Shown here piece by piece: positions 42,945 through 52,170 of a stretch of 64,000 nt of DNA. Every line of letters begins with the position of its first letter. Within the stretch, counting starts at the first letter, position 1. The notes under the pieces are model-generated. The model was not told where the DNA came from, did no database searches, and was given only the letters and a program-made list of their open reading frames with translations. The DNA lies in assembly GCA_038213495.1 (NCBI GenBank), contig JBBQSY010000001.1, forward strand, positions 30,800 to 94,799. Reading direction: 5' to 3'. A program made the position numbers and the translations under genes. Source of the DNA: Bacteroidales bacterium (GTDB lineage Bacteria > Bacteroidota > Bacteroidia > Bacteroidales > UBA4417).

Positions 42945-43364
42945 ATGACCGGCAAAACAACTTTTACAATGATCAAGCCTGATGCCTTCGAAGCAGGAAA
43001 AACAGGTATGATTCTTCAAAAAATTATTGAAAATGGTTTCAAAATCAAGGCTTTGCGTCTGACACATCTTCATAATGAAGATGCAGAGGCTTTTTATACA
43101 GTTCATAAAGAGCGGCCTTTTTTCAATGGATTAGTAAAATTCATGTCCTCCGGTCCTATTGTCGCCGCTATCCTTGAAAAAGAAAATGCCGTCGAAGAAT
43201 TCCGTAAGCTTATCGGGGCAACAAATCCGGCAGATGCCGCCGACGGAACTATCCGCAAGCTTTTTGCTGAATCGATAGAGCGAAATGCTGTGCATGGTTC
43301 GGATAGTGATGATAATGCGCAGATCGAAGCTAACTTCTTCTTTTCGCAGTTCGACAGGTTTTAA
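42945..43364 (+). CDS. ndk: Nucleoside-diphosphate kinase
   Basis: The start is taken at internal ATG 42945 ([15 protein letters not shown]...). The active-site region is NAVHGSDS. Confidence 0.93.
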   Translation: MTGKTTFTMIKPDAFEAGKTGMILQKIIENGFKIKALRLTHLHNEDAEAFYTVHKERPFFNGLVKFMSSGPIVAAILEKENAVEEFRKLIGATNPADAADGTIRKLFAESIERNAVHGSDSDDNAQIEANFFFSQFDRF

Positions 43365-43928
43365 TCAGCCAGGGAAATATTCACGGTACGTGTTATCCGA
43401 ATAAAACTCCACTATTTTCAGGATTGTTTTTGCAGGTCCGTTTTTTTGTCCTGTAACAGGCATTTTTATTCCTGGCATATCTTCCGCTTTGCTTTCATTA
43501 TTTTCATTCCTGTCTTTCAAGGGAAAAGAGGCTTCATTTTGAATGTCTACGCTTTTCGATATTTCAGACTGAACCTGTTCCGGGTTTAAGTCGTTTTCTT
43601 TGCGATATTCTGCAGCCTGTGCGGGTGTGAGCCCGGAAAACAGATCCACATTAGCTGAAACTGCTGTAGTAATGTTGTTCAAAACCTTGTCGTTATTAAC
43701 ATTTGATGCTATTTCATGACCTTCAAACAAAGGACCCTTTCCAAACATCAGCCACTCCATATTTACTTCGGGATAACATAAAAGCACTTTTTGTATAAAA
43801 TCGAGGCTCGCGTTATTGCGTCCTGAGATGATATGTGAAATGCTGGATTTCTGAACGCCGATTTCATCTGCAAATTGGGCAGCCGTCAGATTCTTAGCTT
43901 TAATCAATAAACTAATTCTGTCTTTCAT
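43365..43928 (-). CDS. XRE-type helix-turn-helix DNA-binding protein
   Basis: 187 aa with an N-terminal HTH (LTAAQFADEIGVQKSSISHIISGRNNASLDFIQKV). Confidence 0.75.
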   Translation of the reverse strand: MKDRISLLIKAKNLTAAQFADEIGVQKSSISHIISGRNNASLDFIQKVLLCYPEVNMEWLMFGKGPLFEGHEIASNVNNDKVLNNITTAVSANVDLFSGLTPAQAAEYRKENDLNPEQVQSEISKSVDIQNEASFPLKDRNENNESKAEDMPGIKMPVTGQKNGPAKTILKIVEFYSDNTYREYFPG

Positions 43929-43955
43929 TTGTGAATGAAAATTATGTTGTGAACA

Positions 43956-43967
43956 CTACAAATGTAA
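43956..43967. promoter_or_regulatory. Palindromic operator-like site CTACA-AA-TGTAA, proximal copy
   Basis: About 28 nt upstream of the HTH gene start. It belongs to a five-copy motif family in this intergenic region. Confidence 0.35.
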
Positions 43968-44234
43968 CACTAAGTTTTTAATTCCGTATACTAAAAATGT
44001 AAATTTTGTTCCGTTGTAAATCCGATTGTTTACATTTAATTTATAACTTCATATAAAATCTCTATAGTATTGATAAAGAGACACATAAAGAATATATTTA
44101 AATTATATGAGTTTTAGGCAAAACAGATCATTTACTTGAAGTTATAATTCATATAACAAACTTATAATACTGAATATAAAGGTATTATATATTATAATTT
44201 ATAATATCTTTTCTTTTTTAAAAAATATGTTTAT

Positions 44235-44370
44235 ACACAAATGTAAACATACTGATTACAATTGTGTATATTATTGTTGATTAGCACTTTATAGATTAAA
44301 TATTTTTTCATATACATCTGTAATTTATTAGCGTTCACATTTGTAACCATACAGGAATTAACAATTGTAT
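44235..44370. promoter_or_regulatory. Cluster of four further ACA-WW-TGT palindromic sites
   Basis: Sites are at 44235-44246 (ACACAAATGTAA), 44256-44267 (TTACAATTGTGT), 44335-44346 (TCACATTTGTAA) and 44359-44370 (TAACAATTGTAT). Confidence 0.35.
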
Positions 44371-44827
44371 ACTGTAAAACCGAGATTAACCATAAACATT
44401 TTTGCATTTCAAATTATACTCTATCTGTGTTTATCAAATAGCAGATGCTAATCCTACCCTGCTTATAATTTAAATCACTATGTGGATTTTATGATTTGTT
44501 TTTTGCATAACCTGACTTTTTGCTATCTGCAGTTTGAAGCAACTTTGTATGTTAAGCGAGTATCAGCCGATTATTTCCGGGTAGTAATTTATGGAAAATC
44601 ATATTTCGTATTCTGAAAAGGTTAAAATTGACAAGAAACTCTGTAAATACCTGTTGTTAAAATAGTTAAAGAGAAATATAATAGTATGCCCTGAAATAAA
44701 TATATTTATATCAGATCGATGTTATAAACGCAAAATTTTGATAACTGCCTTCCGGCTTGGTGAAAGATTTTTTAAAATAGAAAGAAAAGGGTCAGGAACT
44801 CTTTTTCATTTGGGTTAATAACTCCTC

Positions 44828-46552
44828 CTATAGTTTGATTATTTTGCCCGTAGAAATCAACGAGCCATTCGAAATTTTTATAAAATAGATGCCAGGTCTG
44901 ATATTCTTAATATCGTCAATTTGCAGGCTACGGACCGAGCTTTCGTCGCGTTGACGGGAATAAACAACTTTGCCTTGCAGATCGATAATTTCGAGAGAGT
45001 AAGTACCTTGAAAGGAGAATGGAAGACCTATGGTGAGTTTGTCCACCACGGGATTAGGATATATCAGTAGGGAAGCCACCGCATTATTATGAGGAACCGA
45101 GAGCGTTTTCAAGGCAGAACTGTAATCCGGAATTCCCCAGCCCAATAATGAATCCGGGGAACTTGCCTGGCTGCCTGTTAATTTTATTGCCTCTATGATC
45201 TGCATATTATTTAAATCGGGAAATGCCTGCCACAGACAAGCTGTAATTCCGCAGATAATAGGTGATGAAAAGGATGTTCCGTTTGCATTTAAGAGTCCTG
45301 TGGGACCATAAACCGCTGATCCGACTCCCTGGGCGGCAACCGTTGGCTTTATTCGCCTGTCGAACGTAGGTCCTACCGAGCTGAATGAAGCCCTGATCCC
45401 TGTCGCATTTACTGCGCCAATGGAAAATACGCTGTCGCCATCTGCGGGAGCACCTATATACCACCATCCACTACCTCCCGAATTTCCGGCACTGTTTACC
45501 ACCAGTATTCCCTTTTGGGCAGCTTTATCGGCACCTTTGGTAATAACAGTGGTATTGCCATCCATGTCGGCATACGTGTGGTTTGTTGCAGTATTATCGA
45601 ATGTGGTATATCCCAACGAAGAATTGATGAGATCGACTCCAACACTATCAGCAAATTCTGCGGCACTTACCCAATAATACTCTTCAATAATTGATTCTGT
45701 TTCCCCCACTTCGGAACGCAGTAGCCAGTAATCCGATTTTGGAGCCGTGCCTATCATATTACCGCTGCTATTAGCGCCCATACACGAAAGAACCATGGTT
45801 CCATGCGTGTGCATTGATGTGGCGTACACATCATTACCCGGTAGCGCGAAATCACGCGTTCCCAATATCTGATTATTTCCACGCAGGCTGTCAAAACAGG
45901 TCATTTTATCAACCGAATTAAACCCGGCATCAATTACTGCAATGGTCATGCCCTGGCCGGCATAACCCAGGTTGTGCAAAGACTGTCCATTTAGCTGGTT
46001 AATCTGGTTATATGCTCCGCCATAACTGTAAACATCGGCAGCAACTTTCTGGGTAAGATTGTTAATCCAAGGATATGCTGTTTCATTAGCGAAAAAGGAT
46101 TTCTCAGAAAAGGGAGCGGAAAATTGTTTTGTTCCTTTATTTAAGCGCTCGATTTTTGACACAAACGGAAGTTCCTGAATTCTGCCTGCAGCTTCTCTGT
46201 TTGCTTCCACCACAACGGTATTAAACCAGCGTGAACGTGTCAGTATCCTTGCTCCTGCTTTGACTGTTGCAATAATATACTGTTCATTTACAGGTATATC
46301 CGATTGGTCAAAAGCAATTTGCTGTTTCAATCGACGTTGAACTGATTTAGCACTCATGTATGATGAAGGATTTAGGACTGCACTTTTATTCACTGCTTTG
46401 TCAGCAAAATGCAAAATATAAATATCCGTGACTGGTACCTGTGCAAAGAGAAATGCAGTAAAAACCAAAGTTAGCAGCAGAAATAGTGTCTTTTTCAAAT
46501 TCAGAAGATTTTGTGCAAATATAAGCAGTTTAAAAATTGAAACGCCATTCAC
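44828..46552 (-). CDS. S8-family (subtilisin-like) serine peptidase with a T9SS C-terminal sorting domain
   Basis: Catalytic triad contexts are VIDAGF, HGTMV and GTSFSSP. The C-terminal approximately 80 aa (YPNPV...GIYFIKI...GKIIKL) match the T9SS type A pattern. A TTG at 46498 (MKKTLFLLL signal peptide) is an alternative start. Confidence 0.85.
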   Translation of the reverse strand: MNGVSIFKLLIFAQNLLNLKKTLFLLLTLVFTAFLFAQVPVTDIYILHFADKAVNKSAVLNPSSYMSAKSVQRRLKQQIAFDQSDIPVNEQYIIATVKAGARILTRSRWFNTVVVEANREAAGRIQELPFVSKIERLNKGTKQFSAPFSEKSFFANETAYPWINNLTQKVAADVYSYGGAYNQINQLNGQSLHNLGYAGQGMTIAVIDAGFNSVDKMTCFDSLRGNNQILGTRDFALPGNDVYATSMHTHGTMVLSCMGANSSGNMIGTAPKSDYWLLRSEVGETESIIEEYYWVSAAEFADSVGVDLINSSLGYTTFDNTATNHTYADMDGNTTVITKGADKAAQKGILVVNSAGNSGGSGWWYIGAPADGDSVFSIGAVNATGIRASFSSVGPTFDRRIKPTVAAQGVGSAVYGPTGLLNANGTSFSSPIICGITACLWQAFPDLNNMQIIEAIKLTGSQASSPDSLLGWGIPDYSSALKTLSVPHNNAVASLLIYPNPVVDKLTIGLPFSFQGTYSLEIIDLQGKVVYSRQRDESSVRSLQIDDIKNIRPGIYFIKISNGSLISTGKIIKL

Positions 46553-46729
46553 TTTAAGTTTTGGCCTTGGTTGCTGAATGAATGTTACATTGAAGCGGAA
46601 TGTGGGATGGATTTGCTAAAAAAATTAAATCCTGCATGTTTCTATTGTGTGGAATTTACGCTTGTATCTAAATTCGCTTGAAGCTCATTGAATAAATGTA
46701 AATTTGCAGTCTTAATTCCGGATTCACAC

Positions 46730-47407
46730 ATGCGCATAGATATTATAACCATTTTTCCTGAAATGTTCGACGGACCTTTCAGGCATTCAATCCTTAAAAG
46801 GGCGCAGTCGAAACAGCTGGCTGAGATACATATACACAACCTCCGTGATTATACTGAAAACAAACACCGCAAGGTCGACGATTATCCTTTCGGCGGAAGT
46901 GCCGGGATGGTAATGATGATACAGCCGATCGCCTCCTGTATCGATAAATTAAAGGCTGAGCGGAACTATGATGAAATTATTTTCCTGACTCCTGACGGGG
47001 AACTCTTCGATCAACCCAGGGCAAACAAGTTGTCACTGATGGATAATATTATTCTGATGTGTGGTCATTATAAAGGCATTGATGAAAGGCTGCGTGAACA
47101 TTATTTCACCTCTGAGATATCAATCGGAAGCTATGTGCTTACCGGAGGCGAACTGGCTGCAGCAGTGGTGGTTGATTCTGTAATACGACTTTTACCCGGC
47201 GTATTGGGTGATGAGACATCTGCATTATCCGACTCCTTTCAGGACAATTTATTATCGCCCCCTGTTTATACCAGGCCTGCCGATTATAATGGATGGATTG
47301 TTCCTGATGTATTGGTATCGGGCAATGAGAAAGAAATAAAAAAATGGCAATACGAAAAATCTGTTGAGCGTACCAAAGAACGCAGACCGGATATTCTTGA
47401 AAAATAG
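46730..47407 (+). CDS. trmD: tRNA (guanine37-N1)-methyltransferase
   Basis: The start is taken at internal [23 protein letters not shown] and VLTGGELAA are TrmD motifs. Confidence 0.93.
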   Translation: MRIDIITIFPEMFDGPFRHSILKRAQSKQLAEIHIHNLRDYTENKHRKVDDYPFGGSAGMVMMIQPIASCIDKLKAERNYDEIIFLTPDGELFDQPRANKLSLMDNIILMCGHYKGIDERLREHYFTSEISIGSYVLTGGELAAAVVVDSVIRLLPGVLGDETSALSDSFQDNLLSPPVYTRPADYNGWIVPDVLVSGNEKEIKKWQYEKSVERTKERRPDILEK

Positions 47408-47463
47408 TTGGCTCCTTACAATTATAATGATATACTCTTGCTAATTTACACGGAATTTTGTAA

Positions 47464-47472
47464 TTTTGTCCC
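47464..47472. repeat. Target-site duplication TTTTGTCCC, left copy
   Basis: An identical 9-mer abuts both IS ends. Confidence 0.85.
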
Positions 47473-48639
47473 CTAAGTACATGACAAAAATTTGCAACAC
47501 TCTCTAAATTTATCTAAATCATTATTAAACAGTACATTTGTGAGGTGTATCAATCCATATTTAAATAAACTTTTAGCTTTTCGTCCATGCTTCTTAACTT
47601 TGATAGGGCAAATTGAGTCTAAGTATATTCCAACTTTATAGGCCCAAACAAAAGCGACTAACACCAAACTAAAGAGTTTGTCAATTCGATCTATATCGCT
47701 CAAGTGAGTGTCTTCAATATTAAAGCCGCTTGATTTGAGTGCCCTGAATCCCGTTTCAATTTGCCATCGTTCTTTGTATACTGATTGAACTTCATCTGGT
47801 TTGTTGAATGAAACAATGATCTGAAGTTCTGGAATTCCTTGTTTGTTTTTGATTTTCGATGCCGACAAGTAACAAAGTTGGCCATTGACGTGAACGATAC
47901 CATGTAAGAATTCATACTGATTGATCTTTAAACGGTTGAACAACCACGAGGCTTTTACTCGATGACCATTTCTTGGAATGACTACCCAGAAGTTCTCACG
48001 AATGCGGATGTGATATCGGATATGTTTGCTGTTGAGATATCCCAGCCAGTGATCACCGACAAACTCTCTGTCTGCAAGCAGGCAATCAATACTGTCAATT
48101 CCAAACAGGTCAATGAATCGTTGTATCAGTTCAATTCGTTCACTTGTAGAGGAGTTGCCAAATTTTGGCATCATCATAAAGAGAACAGGGAACGCAACAC
48201 CTTGATAAATAATGGCAAGAACCAGAATATTGATGTTTGCTGCCCCAAACTTCCAGTTGGTTCTGTCTAGTGCCAGACGATAAGGTGGTTTATGCGGTAG
48301 TAGTGAAAAAACTAATCGCGCAATCAGATTGGTCTCTAATAGATAATCTGACATAAAGTGTTGAATTCTGCGTAAAGAAGAATCTACTCTTACTTCTGAA
48401 TCGAAACTGGCTGCCAACTTCTCAAAGCACACTGTTTGAACCTTACAAAGAGCACTAATAAATAAGCCAAAGAACTTAATTCGGGCTAAATTCATTTTAT
48501 CCCCGAAAACTTCTGATAAAGCTGAGAGCAAAATAGTATTTTTACTCTCATTACTGGTGTTCATGTATCTTGGTGCCATACCTGCTAGTATATCATTCAA
48601 GATACTGAATATCAGTATATTAAATACAATTATCGACAA
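47473..48639 (-). CDS. IS4-family DDE transposase
   Basis: The DDE triad is in contexts LALDRTNW, LLADREF and YKERWQIETGFRALK (Y-2-R-3-E-6-K signature). The stop codon lies inside the left IR. The real start may be an internal Met (MAPRYMNTS). Confidence 0.88.
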   Translation of the reverse strand: MSIIVFNILIFSILNDILAGMAPRYMNTSNESKNTILLSALSEVFGDKMNLARIKFFGLFISALCKVQTVCFEKLAASFDSEVRVDSSLRRIQHFMSDYLLETNLIARLVFSLLPHKPPYRLALDRTNWKFGAANINILVLAIIYQGVAFPVLFMMMPKFGNSSTSERIELIQRFIDLFGIDSIDCLLADREFVGDHWLGYLNSKHIRYHIRIRENFWVVIPRNGHRVKASWLFNRLKINQYEFLHGIVHVNGQLCYLSASKIKNKQGIPELQIIVSFNKPDEVQSVYKERWQIETGFRALKSSGFNIEDTHLSDIDRIDKLFSLVLVAFVWAYKVGIYLDSICPIKVKKHGRKAKSLFKYGLIHLTNVLFNNDLDKFRECCKFLSCT

Positions 48640-48708
48640 TAGTTACTACCAAGTTGTTAACACATATATCTGATTATCAATTGTTTGTAATTTTTGTCAT
48701 GTACTAAG
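47473..48708 (-). mobile_element. IS4-family insertion sequence, 1236 bp, apparently intact
   Basis: The terminal inverted repeats are CTAAGTACATGACAAAAATT (47473-47492) and the reverse complement of 48689-48708, CTTAGTACATGACAAAAATT (19/20 match). There is a single transposase ORF and 9-bp direct repeats. Confidence 0.9.
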
Positions 48709-48717
48709 TTTTGTCCC
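48709..48717. repeat. Target-site duplication TTTTGTCCC, right copy
   Basis: See the left copy. Confidence 0.85.
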
Positions 48718-48740
48718 TTAAATCATTAAAAATAAATATT

Positions 48741-49259
48741 ATGGGATTATTAGACTCTTTAAAGAAACTTTTTAGTACATCGAAAGATGTTACAGCTGCC
48801 AAAGCTGCTGAAATAAAAGAAGCAGCCATTTCGAAAGGTGCAGATTTAAAAGAGGCAACTTCTGCGAAAGCAGATGTGCTAAAAGAGAAGACAGCTCAGG
48901 GATTTGAAACTGCTAAGGAATACTCAAAAGATGTTGCAGAGAAACTCGATGACGTTGTTGATGATGTAAAGGCTGCAGCGAAGGAAACCGCCGGGAAAGC
49001 AAAGGAATTCGGTGGAAATCTGTTAGAAAAAGCTGAACAGGCTTATGAAAAATTCGACGATAAAGCTTCGGATCTTGTTGATAAACTGGAGGAAAAAATC
49101 AAGGGCGCATCCGACGAAAACATGGAAGCAGTTAGTGAACCGGCAACAGATATTAACGAAACTGTGGTTGAAAACATGGAAGAAACAGCCAAAGATGTTG
49201 AAGTGAAAGCAGAAACAGAGGTGAAAGCTAATATCCATCAAAAGCCTAAAGGCAGGTAA
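48741..49259 (+). CDS. Hypothetical A/K/E-rich, LEA- or YtxH-like low-complexity protein
   Basis: The start is taken at ATG 48741 (MGLLDSLKKLF). It has repeated KEA../AKE.. amphipathic segments. Confidence 0.55.
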   Translation: MGLLDSLKKLFSTSKDVTAAKAAEIKEAAISKGADLKEATSAKADVLKEKTAQGFETAKEYSKDVAEKLDDVVDDVKAAAKETAGKAKEFGGNLLEKAEQAYEKFDDKASDLVDKLEEKIKGASDENMEAVSEPATDINETVVENMEETAKDVEVKAETEVKANIHQKPKGR

Positions 49260-49324
49260 ATTATCCTTTTAGCTCTTATTTTATTATATCCTCCTGGAAT
49301 TCAGTTCCGTGAGGATTTTTTTTG

Positions 49325-50494
49325 TTACAAAAGCATCATATGCTGATCCAGGTCGCGAATCAGGGATTCAGCTTCTTCGAGACCAACAGAAAACCTGATC
49401 AGCGTTGGTGGCAATGCACTGTATAACCCGGGTCGGACGAAAGTGCACGATGGTATGATGAGTGATTCGAAACCGCCCCATGAAACAGCCATTCGCCAGT
49501 ATGACAGGCTATTGCAAAATAATTCAATTGCTTCGGGTGTGGAATCGACTTCTATAGTAAATAATCCTGATCCTTTCTTCATTTGGCTGCGTGCCAGATC
49601 AAATTGTTCGTTTTCAGGAAGAAAAGGATAATAAATCCTTGTTACTTTAGGCTGTGTTTTAAGGTAGGAGATTACCTCGTAAGTTGCACGGCTTACATGT
49701 TCCATCCTGACAGGTAACGTACGCAAACCACGCAGAATAAGCCAGGCATTAAAAGGCGAAAGTATTCCGCCAAGCGTTTGGTACTCATTGGAGAATATTT
49801 TTTCTATCAGTTCTTTCGATCCGCAACATACTCCGGCAACCACATCGCTGTGTCCGCCAAGGTATTTCGATGCGGTATGTACCACCAGGTCGATTCCGAA
49901 TTTAATGGGCTGCTGGTACAAGGGTGTGCTATAACTGTTATCGATGATTGTGATAATTCCGCGTTGTCGTGCAAATTCACTTATCGCTTTCAGGTCCTGT
50001 ATTTCGAATGTCCAGGAATTAGGGCTTTCGAGGTAAATAACTTTCGTTTCGGGTCGTAAGGCATCAATAATTGCTGCCGTTGAGCGCCCGTCGACCATGG
50101 TTACCTGAACTCCGAAACGCGGTAAAATATTGGTATTCAGAAGAGTATTTGTCCAGGAATAAGGATTTTGAACACAAACCAAGTGATCACCTGTTTTCAG
50201 ATTCGAAAGGATGGTTGCCGAGATAGCTGCCATCCCGCTTCCAAACACCAGCGCCTGTTCAGCACTTTCGAGTGCAGCAAGTTTGATGCACAGCAGATTG
50301 AGTGTAGGATTATTACCACGCGAATAGATCCAGTTCTCCTTTTCATTTGATATTGCCTCCCTGAATTGCTCTACAGTTTTAAAGTAAAAGTTGCTGGTTT
50401 GGTGGATTGGAGGAGTTACCGGATTCAGTTCCCCTAATTCATTTTCACCCAGAATGTTGATTATATAGGAAATATCCGGATTTTCATCTGTCAT
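49325..50494 (-). CDS. Cys/Met-metabolism PLP-dependent enzyme (cystathionine beta-lyase/gamma-synthase family)
   Basis: 389 aa with a PLP-lysine context (VVHTASKYLGGHSD) and family-typical N-terminal and C-terminal motifs. Confidence 0.8.
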   Translation of the reverse strand: MTDENPDISYIINILGENELGELNPVTPPIHQTSNFYFKTVEQFREAISNEKENWIYSRGNNPTLNLLCIKLAALESAEQALVFGSGMAAISATILSNLKTGDHLVCVQNPYSWTNTLLNTNILPRFGVQVTMVDGRSTAAIIDALRPETKVIYLESPNSWTFEIQDLKAISEFARQRGIITIIDNSYSTPLYQQPIKFGIDLVVHTASKYLGGHSDVVAGVCCGSKELIEKIFSNEYQTLGGILSPFNAWLILRGLRTLPVRMEHVSRATYEVISYLKTQPKVTRIYYPFLPENEQFDLARSQMKKGSGLFTIEVDSTPEAIELFCNSLSYWRMAVSWGGFESLIIPSCTFVRPGLYSALPPTLIRFSVGLEEAESLIRDLDQHMMLL

Positions 50495-50636
50495 AATATA
50501 TTGTTTTTCATTGTATTATAATATTGATGGGGCTGAAAAAATGATAAAGGCAAATATAAAATTTATTTGTAGTTTTGCGACCTGGCTGCAAATCAAAGGT
50601 TATCAACAATTGAAAGTTAAAAAAACTGGTGCAAAC

Positions 50637-50668
50637 TTGTTTTATTTCAAATTTTTAGCGTAAATTTG
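50637..50668 (+). promoter_or_regulatory. Bacteroidota-type promoter for rplS (-33 TTG and -7 TAAATTTG)
   Basis: TAAATTTG at 50661-50668 matches TAnnTTTG exactly. A TTG lies about 21 nt upstream, and the site is 42 nt upstream of the rplS ATG. Confidence 0.5.
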
Positions 50669-50709
50669 CACTCATTTTTGACGAAAACGCACATTTAATA
50701 CATAAACTA

Positions 50710-51066
50710 ATGAGTAAGAAGGAGTTAATTCGGTACGTTGAAGAACATTTTGTAGTAAAGAATGAATTGCCCGCATTTAAAGCAGGTGATACCATTACAG
50801 TACACTACAAAATTAAAGAAGGCGAGAAAGAACGTATTCAGCTTTTCCAGGGTGTTGTTCTGCAGCGTTCGGGCGAAGGAGTTACTGAGACATTCACAAT
50901 ACGTAAGGTTTCGGGAACTATTGGTGTAGAGAGGATTATTCCTGTTTGTTCACCTTTTATTGATAAAATTGAAATAAACAAACGTGGTGCTGTTCGTCGC
51001 GCAAGGATTTTCTACCTTCGTGAACTTAAAGGTAAAAAAGCACGCATCAAAGAAAAACGCAAATAA
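50710..51066 (+). CDS. rplS: 50S ribosomal protein L19
   Basis: 118 aa ([28 protein letters not shown]...RRARIFYLR). Confidence 0.95.
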   Translation: MSKKELIRYVEEHFVVKNELPAFKAGDTITVHYKIKEGEKERIQLFQGVVLQRSGEGVTETFTIRKVSGTIGVERIIPVCSPFIDKIEINKRGAVRRARIFYLRELKGKKARIKEKRK

Positions 51067-51094
51067 ACTCCCTCGGAGTCAGATATTTAAAAAC

Positions 51095-51125
51095 AGGTTG
51101 TTCTTTTCAGGACAGCCTTTTTTTG
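51095..51125 (+). terminator. Intrinsic terminator of rplS
   Basis: 7-bp stem AGGTTGT/ACAGCCT (one G-U pair) followed by TTTTTTTG. Confidence 0.65.
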
Positions 51126-51434
51126 TTTCTGTAAGTCAGCAAGTGGGATGCTTATTAAACCCTGATTCCCGGGAATGTAATCAGAATTTTATCTGAATAA
51201 CGGAATTCCTGATCCGGTCCAAATCGGTTGAGGCAATGAATGGTGGCGGATTATTTGCTGCGCTCCCAGATAAATCGGGGCTGGCATAGAGACCGTTTCG
51301 CTAAGTTGTGTAGTTCGTTCCTGTCAACCAATCCCGCCACGGCGGGACGGGCAAGCATCACGATAGCTATCGGGACCCAATTATGTAATTCACCTGCCAT
51401 TATTTATGGCCTTTGTTTCCACCCGCGCTTTATT

Positions 51435-51740
51435 TCAGTTATCAACATTTAAGCTTAGATGTCTTCCAAATCCTTCTCTGATGATTCTCATAAGAGTTGA
51501 AAGCCGAATATCACTGGCATTATTCTCAATTCTGGAAATATATGTCTTAGTGGTGCCGCACTTTTCAGCCAACTGCGCTTGAGTCATACCATGTTCTTTT
51601 CTGAGTTCTTGAAGCATAGCACCAAGTTTGAATGATTCAAACTCTTCTTCATATTTTTCACGTGCTTCAGTTCCACGCACTCCATATTGAGAGTCGAGGT
51701 GTTCAGCAAATGATGTCAGGTTATTATTTGTCTTTTTCAT
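51435..51740 (-). CDS. XRE-family HTH antitoxin (HigA-like)
   Basis: The start is taken at internal MKKTNNN. The HTH is MTQAQLAEKCGTTKTYISRIENN. It lies 7 nt downstream of the toxin gene. Confidence 0.8.
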   Translation of the reverse strand: MKKTNNNLTSFAEHLDSQYGVRGTEAREKYEEEFESFKLGAMLQELRKEHGMTQAQLAEKCGTTKTYISRIENNASDIRLSTLMRIIREGFGRHLSLNVDN

Positions 51741-51747
51741 CGAAGTA

Positions 51748-52074
51748 TTAATTTTTGAGTTTTTCTGCAAGTTCAATTTCTCTTTTTGGCGTTTTCTGAG
51801 TTTTCTTGATAAAGCCGTTAACCAATATTACTAGTTTCCCTTCATCAAAGAAGCTGAAAACTCTATAAATATTTGATCCAACTTCGACTCGTATTTCAAA
51901 AAGTCCTGATGAACCTGTCATGTGAGAGAAATATTTTTCAGGCACCCGGTCAATTTCCGAAATAAGTTGCAGTGTCCAGTTAAACTTTCTCTTGACTTCC
52001 GGATTCAGTGAGTTGAAAAAGTCAAGGTAATAATTCTTGTAGTAAAAAATATGTCTGACCAATTTTTCTTTCAC
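51748..52074 (-). CDS. RelE/ParE-superfamily toxin (HigB / Gp49-like)
   Basis: 108 aa (GLFEIRVEVGSNIYRVFSFFDEGKLVILVNGFIKKTQKTP). The toxin-first gene order is as in higBA. Confidence 0.8.
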   Translation of the reverse strand: MKEKLVRHIFYYKNYYLDFFNSLNPEVKRKFNWTLQLISEIDRVPEKYFSHMTGSSGLFEIRVEVGSNIYRVFSFFDEGKLVILVNGFIKKTQKTPKREIELAEKLKN

Positions 52075-52170
52075 TTTGCAAAGTTAGCTAATTAGTGAAC
52101 ATTTCAGTCAGATTATGAATTTTTTTTTCTAGCATTGGCGGTAACTCCACACTATAGTAAAAACACTACC

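Noticed and set aside
42833-42976. N-terminal 48-aa extension of the DHH phosphoesterase ORF
   Set aside because: It would overlap the ndk start and promoter region and encodes a hydrophobic, non-conserved peptide. A TTG at 42832 gives a typical NrnA-like N-terminus.
43956-44346. Invertible (phase-variable) promoter flanked by inverted repeats TACAAATGT(G)AAC
   Set aside because: The apparent inverted repeats are copies of an intrinsically palindromic motif that occurs five times. No site-specific recombinase gene is present in the window.
43929-44827. Chromosomal replication origin (oriC) in the AT-rich 0.9-kb gap
   Set aside because: Only weak DnaA-box-like sequences are present: TTATACACA at 44231-44239 with one mismatch, and others with two or more. 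There is no cluster of consensus TTATCCACA boxes and no dnaA or dnaN nearby. Proximity to gyrA-class genes is not diagnostic.
50495-50709. SAM-type riboswitch upstream of the Cys/Met-metabolism PLP enzyme gene
   Set aside because: I see only a short TTTGC...GCAAA hairpin. I could not recognise any SAM-I, SAM-II or SAM-SAH consensus by eye, so this is not supportable without a covariance-model scan.
51240-51452. 70-aa plus-strand ORF downstream of rplS
   Set aside because: It has no recognisable motif, spans GC-rich palindromes and runs into the convergent antitoxin gene. It is treated as non-coding.
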